A stretch of 58,958 nucleotides of DNA, taken from positions 1-58,958 of the forward strand of contig JBAMLJ010000028.1 in assembly GCA_039793615.1 (NCBI GenBank), in the 5' to 3' direction. Position 1 is the stretch's first letter. The number at the start of each line of letters is the position of its first letter. Shown piece by piece: positions 29,160 to 36,785 of this stretch. Position numbers and translations under genes: made by a program. The stretch comes from a bacterium. Its GTDB lineage: Bacteria; Patescibacteriota; Minisyncoccia; UBA6257. The notes beneath the pieces are model-generated. The model was not told the DNA's origin, ran no database searches, and saw only the letters and a list, made by a program, of their open reading frames with translations.

Positions 29160-29864
29160 CTAATTATTATTCTGTACCCAACCCTTTTTAATTAAAGCTT
29201 TTTTAGCTGCTTCTAATTCTGCTTCTTGTTTAGAATAACCTTTTGCGGTAGCAATTAATTCTTCACCAAGATAAACCCCAACTTCAAATTGTTTCTCATG
29301 ATCAGGACCCCATGATTTCAAGGTTTTATAAGTTGGAGTAATTCCATAAATTTCTTGGCTTTTCTCCTGAAACAAGCTTTTATTATCTTTATAAGCCGCT
29401 TTTTTAATTATTTCCTCTGTTTTAGGAAAAATATATTTTTCTACAAACTGTTTTGCTTTTTCTACGCCACCATCCAAATATAAAGCACCAATAATTGCTT
29501 CAATGGCATTAGCTAATACATAAGAACGATTTGTTTTTAAATCTTTAGCCTCCCCTTTTGAAGTTAAAATAAAATGCTCTAATCCTAACTCATGGGCAAC
29601 TGATAATAAAGAATCAGTATTTACTAAAGCAGCACGAATGCTTGTTAATTTACCTTCAGAAAAATTAGAATAGTTTTTAAATAAATATTCTGCGGTTAGA
29701 AAACCTAAAATTGAATCACCTAAAAATTCCAACCTTTCATTATGAGTAGTTGGCCAATCTTTATTTTCGTTTAAAAAAGAACGATGGGTTATTGCTTCTA
29801 AAATTAGATTTTGATTATGAAAATGATGATTTAATTTTTCTTCTAATTGTTTAATATCTTTCAT
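29160..29864 (-). CDS. rnc: Ribonuclease III
   Basis: NERLEFLGDS signature plus a C-terminal dsRBD (SKQEAELEAAKKAL). Confidence 0.92.
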   Translation of the reverse strand: MKDIKQLEEKLNHHFHNQNLILEAITHRSFLNENKDWPTTHNERLEFLGDSILGFLTAEYLFKNYSNFSEGKLTSIRAALVNTDSLLSVAHELGLEHFILTSKGEAKDLKTNRSYVLANAIEAIIGALYLDGGVEKAKQFVEKYIFPKTEEIIKKAAYKDNKSLFQEKSQEIYGITPTYKTLKSWGPDHEKQFEVGVYLGEELIATAKGYSKQEAELEAAKKALIKKGWVQNNN

Positions 29865-29900
29865 TATATAAAATATATAAAATTCTTAATTTTGTTCAAT

Positions 29901-30374
29901 TTATCTGTTTTTATCCTCTTGCTCTTTTAATGATGTATTTTTATGTTGCTCAATTTCCTCCATTTCCCGATAAATCGTTCCTAAAACACCATTTACGAAT
30001 TTTCGCGAAGAATCGCCCCCAAAAATTTTAGCCAATTCCACTGCTTCATTAATAGCCACTTTAGGAGGAACTTCATTTTTATTACCAAAAACTAATTCAT
30101 AAATGCCAATTCTTAAAACATTACGATCAACAGTATTAATTTGCTCCAAGGGCCATTCAGGAGCACTTTTTTCAATTAATTTATTAATTTTATCCCAATG
30201 TTTTAAAATTTCTTCTAATAATTTTTGAGGGTATTCTTTATCTTGAAGTCCTTCTCCTAAAGACTGCAAATTTTCTTTTAAAATTTCAAATATTCTTTCC
30301 TGAGGTAATTTATTAAAATCCCACTCAAAAAGAGTTTGAAAAACAATTGAACGTGATAAATGGCGAAATCCCAT
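29901..30374 (-). CDS. nusB: Transcription antitermination factor NusB
   Basis: NusB fold pattern ([25 protein letters not shown]). Confidence 0.85.
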   Translation of the reverse strand: MGFRHLSRSIVFQTLFEWDFNKLPQERIFEILKENLQSLGEGLQDKEYPQKLLEEILKHWDKINKLIEKSAPEWPLEQINTVDRNVLRIGIYELVFGNKNEVPPKVAINEAVELAKIFGGDSSRKFVNGVLGTIYREMEEIEQHKNTSLKEQEDKNR

Positions 30375-30462
30375 GCCCTAAAATCTAAATTAAATTTTAA
30401 ATTTTAAAATAATTTTTAAGCAACAATCTCTATAAAGTTTTATATATTCCAAGGTTTTTCTT

Positions 30463-30690
30463 TTACTTTTTCATTTCTTTCTCTTTTATTTTCTTTTCTT
30501 TCTTAGAAAGCCCTTTATAAACATCAATTACTTCTTTCCCTTTATAATAACCACAATAAGGGCACACTCGATGTGGTAAAATTTTTCTTCCGCAATTAGG
30601 GCATTTGACTAAATTTGCCTTTTTCAAAGCAGAATGAGATCTCCTTTTATTAATACGCGAACGTGAATGATGTCTTGCTGGTATCGCCAT
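30463..30690 (-). CDS. rpmF: 50S ribosomal protein L32
   Basis: MAIPARHHSRSRINKRRSH and the zinc ribbon CPNCG...CPYCG. Confidence 0.88.
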   Translation of the reverse strand: MAIPARHHSRSRINKRRSHSALKKANLVKCPNCGRKILPHRVCPYCGYYKGKEVIDVYKGLSKKEKKIKEKEMKK

Positions 30691-30733
30691 AAGCTAGATG
30701 AATTTTAATTTTTAATTTTTAATTTTAAATAAT

Positions 30734-30754
30734 TATACTTAATACTCAATACTT
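30734..30754 (-). repeat. AGTATTN heptamer array ending in TATAAT
   Basis: Minus strand reads AAGTATTG AGTATTA AGTATAAT followed by TAAAATTAAAAATTAAAAATT. It lies upstream of rpmF. Confidence 0.7.
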
Positions 30755-30780
30755 TAATTTAATTTTTAAAAGGTATTTGG

Positions 30781-30818
30781 AATAAAACCGGAGAAGATCC
30801 TTAGGATTTCGTCTTCGG
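30781..30818 (-). terminator. Candidate intrinsic terminator downstream of ileS
   Basis: Minus strand has CCGAAGACGAAAUCC-UAA-GGAUCUUCUCCGG as an imperfect hairpin, followed by UUUUAUU. It is a GC-richer island in the spacer. Confidence 0.4.
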
Positions 30819-30930
30819 GATGACAGCCTCATAGTTATTTTGAATTCAAATTCCAAATCCTAAATTCTAAAGCGGAATAATGATTAATAACTTTTATAGA
30901 ATAACATAAAAAGCTAAAAAAGACAAATTA

Positions 30931-33882
30931 TTATTTTTCCAAAATAACATAAACTTTTATCTGATCAATTAAAATTTCATTACCACCATCTTCGGAAATC
31001 TTATCTAGGATATTAAATTCTTTACTCAGGGTTTCTTTTTTAATTATATCCTGATATTTAACAAGAAAATTTTTTATCATTTCGTCTTCAGTAAAACACT
31101 TTAAAATAATTCGATCGTTGGGAGTTAATTTTAAATTTTTACGCAATTCCTGAATTTGATGAATAAATTCTCTTAAATCACCCTCTTCTTTTAATTCTTT
31201 TGTGATATTAGTATCTAAAACCATCTCTTCTTTAAGATTAGCATCAAAAACGATATTTTTAACATTAATTTCATCTTTTATTACATTAATTAATTTTTTT
31301 TCTTTTAATAAATTACTATCCTTTAATTTTAATTCTTTTAACGGTTGCTTCACTTTAATATTGAATTTTTGTCTCAAGCTTAAAGCTTTAGTGGTAATAT
31401 CACGAGCCTCTTCCATTAATTTTAATAATTCTTCATTAAATAAAGATTCATCAAATTTAGGATAATCAGCTAAATGAACACTTATTGGTTCATCGTTCCT
31501 TCTTAACTCTTGCCACACACTTTCAGTAATAAAAGGGCAAAAAGGTGCTAATAATAAAACGAATTCCTTTAAAACTTTTTTTAAGACTGCTGAACTAATA
31601 GCAAATTCATTTAAATCATCGGGTTTTTGGAAAATACGACGTGAACGCCTTAAATACCAACGTGATAAATCATCAACAAATAAATCTAATTCTTTTGCTG
31701 CTTCATAAACATGATAATTATCTAAATTTTCACCTACTTTCTTTTTAGTTTCTTCTAATCTTGATAAAATCCATTGATTTAAAATATTAAGATCCGTCTT
31801 TTTGAAATCTTCCTGCTCTTTATTAGCATAAGTTCGATAAAATATAAAAACATTCCATAAAGTATTTAAAAATCTTCTAGTAACATTAATCAAATCAGAT
31901 TCATTAAATCTTTTTTCTTCGCCAGGAGAATTAATGGTATATAAATACCACCTTAAAGCATCGGCACCATATTCATCCATAATTTTCATGGGGTCAATAA
32001 CATTTCCTCTTGATTTTGACATTTTCTCTCCTTTGGCATCTAAAATTAATCCCAAACAAATAACATTTTTGTAACTAGGGCCAAGATCTAAAATAGTAGA
32101 AATTGCTAAAAGCGTATAAAACCATCCTCTAGTTTGGTCGATTGCTTCGGAAATAAAATCAGCGGGGAAAGGAATTGCCTTTATCATTTCTTTTATATCT
32201 TGCTCTTTGTGATCAAATTGCTCAAAAGGAAAATGATATTGAGCATAAGGCATACTTCCGGAATCAAACCAGCAATCTAATACCTCTTCCCTTCTGGTCA
32301 TTATTCCTCCGCAATGAGGACATTTTAAAGTAATCTTATCAATAAAAGGTCGGTGTAAATCAAGATTATGATTTTCATCATAAGGCAGTTCATGATTAAT
32401 TGATTTTTCTTCTAATTCTTTTAAAGAGCCAATTACTTCGTAATGACCACAATTTTTACACTCCCAAACATTTAATGGTGTTCCCCAATAACGATTTCTT
32501 GAAATTGCCCAATCTTTAATTTCTTTTAACCATTGACCAAATCTCCCTTCTTTAATATGTTCGGGAACCCAATTAATTAATTCATTATTTTTAATTAATT
32601 TTTCTCTTAATTGGGACATCCTAATATACCAAGCCTCAAAAGCGAAATACAAAAGAGGAGTATGACAACGCCAACAGAAAGGATATTCATGATAAATTCC
32701 TTTTAAATCCCCCCAATATAAAACACCTCTTTCTTTTAAATTATTAAAAATAATTTCGTCTGCATCTTTAAAAAACAAACCCTTAATTGATTCTAATTCA
32801 TGCGGTCCTCCAATGATATATCCTTTATCATCAACGTGTTTTATCATTGCCAATCCTTTTTCATTTTTTAAATTCATATCATCTTCTCCAAAAGTAGGGG
32901 CAATATGTACTAAGCCAGTTCCTTCTTCAGTAGAAATAAAATTAGCACCAACAACTTGATATTTTAAACCATCATTAACAAATAAAAATTGAGGAACCTC
33001 ATATAATGGCTCGTAAGACAAACCTATTAAATCCTTTCCTTTAATAGTGCCTAATAAATCTCCTTTTTTATCGGGTAGTTCTTTAAAACTAATAAGGTAC
33101 TCGTCATCAATTTTGAAAATTTTATAATCCAAATTTTCATCAACTGCGATAGCCACATTACTAATCAAAGTCCAGGGTGTTGTTGTCCAAACCAATAGAA
33201 AAATTTTAAATTCTAAATTTGTAATTTTTAATAATTTTAATAAAGAAGTAGTGGGATTGCTGATTTTAAATTTAATATAAAGAGAAGGGTCTTGAACTGT
33301 TTCATAACCTTGAGCCACTTCGTGGCTTGATAATGGTGTTCCGCAACGAGGGCAATAAGGCAACACTTTGTAACTCTTATATAATAAACCCTTATTGTTA
33401 GTCTGTTTTAATAACCACCAAATTGTTTCGATATAATTATTATTAAAAGTAATATAAGGATTTTCGGTATCAATCCAGTAAGCCATTCTTTCTGTTAATT
33501 TCTCCCACTCCTCCTTATACTGCCAAACCGATTCTTTTGCTTTTTGATTAAATTTCTCAATACCATATTTTTCAATATCGGTTTTATTTTTAAAACCTAA
33601 TGTTTTTTCTACTTCCAATTCAACTGGTAAACCATGAGTATCCCAACCTGCCTTTCTTATAACTTTGAATCCCTGCATTGTTTTATAACGACAAATAATA
33701 TCTTTGAAAGAACGAGCTAAAACATGATGAATTCCTGGTTTTCCATTGGCCGTAGGAGGACCTTCGTAAAAAACAAAATCAGGCTTTCCTTCCCTGTTTT
33801 TAATACTCTTTTTAAAAATATCATTTTTTTTCCAAAATTCTAAAACACTTAATTCTTTTTTAATAAATTCTAAATCCAGCAT
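30931..33882 (-). CDS. ileS: Isoleucyl-tRNA synthetase
   Basis: PPTANGKPGIHHVL (HIGH region), KMSKSRGN (KMSKS), and an editing-domain insertion. 983 aa. Confidence 0.95.
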   Translation of the reverse strand: MLDLEFIKKELSVLEFWKKNDIFKKSIKNREGKPDFVFYEGPPTANGKPGIHHVLARSFKDIICRYKTMQGFKVIRKAGWDTHGLPVELEVEKTLGFKNKTDIEKYGIEKFNQKAKESVWQYKEEWEKLTERMAYWIDTENPYITFNNNYIETIWWLLKQTNNKGLLYKSYKVLPYCPRCGTPLSSHEVAQGYETVQDPSLYIKFKISNPTTSLLKLLKITNLEFKIFLLVWTTTPWTLISNVAIAVDENLDYKIFKIDDEYLISFKELPDKKGDLLGTIKGKDLIGLSYEPLYEVPQFLFVNDGLKYQVVGANFISTEEGTGLVHIAPTFGEDDMNLKNEKGLAMIKHVDDKGYIIGGPHELESIKGLFFKDADEIIFNNLKERGVLYWGDLKGIYHEYPFCWRCHTPLLYFAFEAWYIRMSQLREKLIKNNELINWVPEHIKEGRFGQWLKEIKDWAISRNRYWGTPLNVWECKNCGHYEVIGSLKELEEKSINHELPYDENHNLDLHRPFIDKITLKCPHCGGIMTRREEVLDCWFDSGSMPYAQYHFPFEQFDHKEQDIKEMIKAIPFPADFISEAIDQTRGWFYTLLAISTILDLGPSYKNVICLGLILDAKGEKMSKSRGNVIDPMKIMDEYGADALRWYLYTINSPGEEKRFNESDLINVTRRFLNTLWNVFIFYRTYANKEQEDFKKTDLNILNQWILSRLEETKKKVGENLDNYHVYEAAKELDLFVDDLSRWYLRRSRRIFQKPDDLNEFAISSAVLKKVLKEFVLLLAPFCPFITESVWQELRRNDEPISVHLADYPKFDESLFNEELLKLMEEARDITTKALSLRQKFNIKVKQPLKELKLKDSNLLKEKKLINVIKDEINVKNIVFDANLKEEMVLDTNITKELKEEGDLREFIHQIQELRKNLKLTPNDRIILKCFTEDEMIKNFLVKYQDIIKKETLSKEFNILDKISEDGGNEILIDQIKVYVILEK

Positions 33883-33989
33883 TATAGTAATTTTTATAAA
33901 TTTTAGATATAATAAATTATATAAAATTATAATAAATTATAATAAAAAATCATTATAATAAAAAATCTAAGAAAAAGTAAATATATTAT

Positions 33990-34445
33990 ATGGCAAAACA
34001 CGTTTTTATTCAAGAAATTGTCACTAATCGAAGGGCATTTTATGATTACGAAATTTTAGATAAATTTGAAGCAGGAATTAAGCTTTCGGGAAATGAAGTA
34101 AAAGCAGTAAAAAACGGTTGGGTAAATCTTACGGGAAGTTATGTAGTAATTAGAAATAATGAAGCTTTTATTATTAATTTAAATATTTCGCCTTATCAAC
34201 CTAATAATTTATCATCAAAAATTGAACCACTAAGAACAAGAAAATTATTACTCCAAAAAAGAGAGATACTTAATCTAAATCAAAAAACTAAAAAAGAAAA
34301 ATTGACTTTAATACCCTTAAAGGTATATAATAAAAATGGTTTAATCAAGCTAGAAATAGCTTTAGTAAAAAATAAAAAGAAATACAATAAAAAAGAAATA
34401 ATTAAAAAAAGAGAGGAAGAAAGAAGAATAAAGCAAGTATATTAA
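33990..34445 (+). CDS. smpB: SsrA-binding protein SmpB
   Basis: NRRAFYDYEILDKFEAGIKLSGNEVK and a basic C-terminal tail. It lies immediately upstream of the tmRNA. Confidence 0.93.
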   Translation: MAKHVFIQEIVTNRRAFYDYEILDKFEAGIKLSGNEVKAVKNGWVNLTGSYVVIRNNEAFIINLNISPYQPNNLSSKIEPLRTRKLLLQKREILNLNQKTKKEKLTLIPLKVYNKNGLIKLEIALVKNKKKYNKKEIIKKREEERRIKQVY

Positions 34446-34468
34446 AATATATTTATTAGATAAATAAT

Positions 34469-34838
34469 GGGGATGTTCGGATTCGCTAGAAAGGAATTTC
34501 TTAATACGCGAACTGAGGAACTTCGTTAGCTCATTAAAATCGAAGGGCACAAAAAATGCCAATCAAATTCCTGCCTATGCCTATGCTTAATAGCTTAGGA
34601 TAGGTTTCTCCTTCTTTAAGGAGCCCTCTTTAATTAATTCTCGGTAAATTAAAGGGGGAAGAATATCGAGATAGATTTAAATTAACTTATCCGATTAATT
34701 TAAATCGAAATTCATTCGGATAGTTTTAAGAAAACGTTTTGTTCAGTTTCGTTTCTTAAAACTATAAAAACTGAACTACGTTCGTAGAAGTATTAAGAAT
34801 GCACTTTCTAGACGCGAGTTCAACTCTCGCCATCTCCA
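34469..34838 (+). ncRNA. ssrA: tmRNA (SsrA), tag ORF ANQIPAYAYA*
   Basis: The 5' end GGGGAUGUUCGGAUUCG pairs with the 3' end CAUCUCCA. T-arm is GCGAG-UUCAACU-CUCGC. The resume region AAAAAAU|GCC AAU CAA AUU CCU GCC UAU GCC UAU GCU UAA UAG spans 34558-34590. CCA is not encoded. Confidence 0.9.
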
Positions 34839-34885
34839 CTCTCGAGCCATAACAAACAGTAATAAATTGTTAATCTTTAAACATT

Positions 34886-34906
34886 TATACCGAATACTCT
34901 ATACTT
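34886..34906 (-). repeat. AGTATTN heptamer array (opposite orientation to the flanking genes)
   Basis: Minus strand reads AAGTATAG AGTATTC GGTATAAAT. Confidence 0.6.
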
Positions 34907-34990
34907 TTTTCTGTATCACTGAGAAAAAGATAAAAAAAATAAAGTTTAAATCTTAAATTTTAATTCTTAAATTTTAATCAATAAACTACC

Positions 34991-35467
34991 TTGCAGCCTA
35001 AAGAAATTCGTCTCATTGGAGCAGAAGGCAAATTAATTGGTGTTATACCATACGAAGAAGCTCTTTTAAAAGCAAAAGAGGCTAATCTTGATTTAGTTCT
35101 TATTAGTGAAAAAGCCAATCCTCCTGTTTATAAATTAGGAAATTATTCAAAAATAAAATATGAACAGGAAAAGAAACTAAAAGCACAAAAATTAAAAGAA
35201 AGAAAAAATACGAATAAGTACATCAGGATTGGTTTTAACGAAGGTGATCATGATTTAATAATTAAAGCCGAAAAGGGTAAAAAATTTCTAGAAGAAGGCA
35301 AAATTTTAGTAATTGAATTACCTTTAAGGGGAAGGGAAAAAGCCCATCAGGATATTGCTAAAAGTAAATTGGAAAAATTTTTGACTTTTATTCAAATTTC
35401 TTATAAAATTATTCAACCGATTACTAAAAGTCCCAGAGGGTTAATAATAACTATCAAAAAGAATTAA
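34991..35467 (+). CDS. infC: Translation initiation factor IF-3
   Basis: IRLIGAEGKLIGVI, DLVLISEKANPPVYKL and the C-terminal domain. It has a non-ATG (TTG) start, in line with the atypical start codons known for infC. Confidence 0.88.
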   Translation: MQPKEIRLIGAEGKLIGVIPYEEALLKAKEANLDLVLISEKANPPVYKLGNYSKIKYEQEKKLKAQKLKERKNTNKYIRIGFNEGDHDLIIKAEKGKKFLEEGKILVIELPLRGREKAHQDIAKSKLEKFLTFIQISYKIIQPITKSPRGLIITIKKN

Positions 35468-35477
35468 TAAAATCACA

Positions 35478-35654
35478 ATGAGCAAAAAAACAATTTTAAA
35501 AAGAGTAAAAATTACGAAAAACTCCAAAATTCTTCATCGTATAAGTAAACAAGGTCATAATCAAGCCAAAAAATCACCAAAAGTAAAAAGAATTCATCGC
35601 AAGATGGTTGCTTTTTACGCACCTCACGCTAAAACTATTAAAAAAACTACTTAA
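35478..35654 (+). CDS. rpmI: 50S ribosomal protein L35
   Basis: Hand translation gives MSKKTILKRVKITKNSKILHRISKQGHNQAKKSPKVKRIHRKMVAFYAPHAKTIKKTT*. It lies between infC and rplT and is below the ORF-track cutoff. Confidence 0.85.
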   Translation: MSKKTILKRVKITKNSKILHRISKQGHNQAKKSPKVKRIHRKMVAFYAPHAKTIKKTT

Positions 35655-35655
35655 T

Positions 35656-36003
35656 ATGGTAAGAGTAAAAAGGGGTACTATTAAAAACAAAAGAAAGAAA
35701 AATCTTTTAAAATATACAAAGGGGTTTCGTTATGGTAGAAAAAATAAATATCGCCTAGCAAAAGAAGCCTTGCTTCATGCCTTTACTCATGCTTTTAAAG
35801 ATCGTAAAAGAAAAAAGAGAGAAAAAAGACAATTATGGAACATTAAAATCAATGCCCAAACGCGTCAATTAGGATTAACATATAATCAATTAATAAAATT
35901 ACTAAGAGAAAATAATATTAAACTTGATCGGAAAATATTAGCAGAATTAGCTGAAAATTATCCAGAAATATTCCAAAAAATAGTCGAGGAAATAAAAAAA
36001 TAA
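35656..36003 (+). CDS. rplT: 50S ribosomal protein L20
   Basis: MVRVKRGTIKNKRKKNLLKYTKGFRYGRKN is the canonical L20 N-terminus. The tracked ORF (35608) extends spuriously into rpmI. Confidence 0.9.
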   Translation: MVRVKRGTIKNKRKKNLLKYTKGFRYGRKNKYRLAKEALLHAFTHAFKDRKRKKREKRQLWNIKINAQTRQLGLTYNQLIKLLRENNIKLDRKILAELAENYPEIFQKIVEEIKK

Positions 36004-36029
36004 AATTCAACAAAACTTAATTTTAAAAA

Positions 36030-36052
36030 CCCTTCATTAGTGAAGGGTTTTT
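36030..36052 (+). terminator. Intrinsic terminator after rplT (symmetric, could act in both directions)
   Basis: CCCUUCA-UUAG-UGAAGGG followed by UUUUU, and preceded by AAAAA. Confidence 0.7.
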
Positions 36053-36058
36053 AATTCG

Positions 36059-36703
36059 TTAACTTTTAAGGGGAATATAATAATCTAAATACGGTTTCTT
36101 TTTACTAATGAAATATTTTTTTAAAGAAAGAAGAATAATAAAACTAATGGCCTGACAAAGTGCTACAAAAATAAAAGTTAATGGAAAACCAAAAATTAAA
36201 GCCAAAGAACTGCCCATTAAAATTGCTAAAGCCGAGCCTAAATTTACCCCAGTACTATTTAAAGCCCACTCAAAACTTATCCTCTTGATATTAAGATAAC
36301 GTGTAAAAATTGAATTCCAGGGTGGAACATATAAAGAATCTGCAATACCATAAATAAAAAAAACTAAATATAATTCTCCAGTATTTTTTACCAAAAGAAA
36401 GGCTAAAGGAACTATCAGATCAAGGAATTGTCCTAAAATCAAAGTAAAATAATCGTCTGCCTCTCCTTCTACTCTATCTAAATAATCAGAAACAAATAAT
36501 TGCAAAATACCTTTTGTTATCCAATAAATAAAATAGCAAATACCTACTACTTGAATATTACCCCCTTTTATTTTATCAACAACATAAATAGCAAAAACCG
36601 GATTAATAAAAGCCCAACCAGTTGAGGCAAAAATATTACTCAGAATTAAATTCCTCGCTACCACGTGTATTTTTTCTTTAAACAATGCCTTAATTTTTAT
36701 CAT
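36059..36703 (-). CDS. Half-size MFS-like membrane protein (about 6 TM)
   Basis: 214 aa with about six hydrophobic helices and an MFS-like loop DYLDRVEGEADD. It is about half the length of a canonical 12-TM MFS. Confidence 0.45.
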   Translation of the reverse strand: MIKIKALFKEKIHVVARNLILSNIFASTGWAFINPVFAIYVVDKIKGGNIQVVGICYFIYWITKGILQLFVSDYLDRVEGEADDYFTLILGQFLDLIVPLAFLLVKNTGELYLVFFIYGIADSLYVPPWNSIFTRYLNIKRISFEWALNSTGVNLGSALAILMGSSLALIFGFPLTFIFVALCQAISFIILLSLKKYFISKKKPYLDYYIPLKS

Positions 36704-36785
36704 GGGTTTAGTTTGCTTTCAATTTAATTTTTCTTATAAATTTTTCTTTTCTTATAAATTTTTCTTATAAATTATTTTTAATTAA

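Noticed and set aside
30775-30840. 28-aa basic minus-strand ORF (MRLSSRRRNPKDLLRFYSKYLLKIKLKY) in the ileS-rpmF spacer
   Set aside because: It has no resemblance to the small ribosomal proteins L34 or L36. The GC-rich part is better explained as the stem of an ileS terminator.
31202-34562. ORFs 31202-31465(+) antisense to ileS, and 34362-34562(-) overlapping the smpB 3' end and the tmRNA 5' end
   Set aside because: They are antisense to confidently assigned genes. The second would run through the tmRNA acceptor and tag region.
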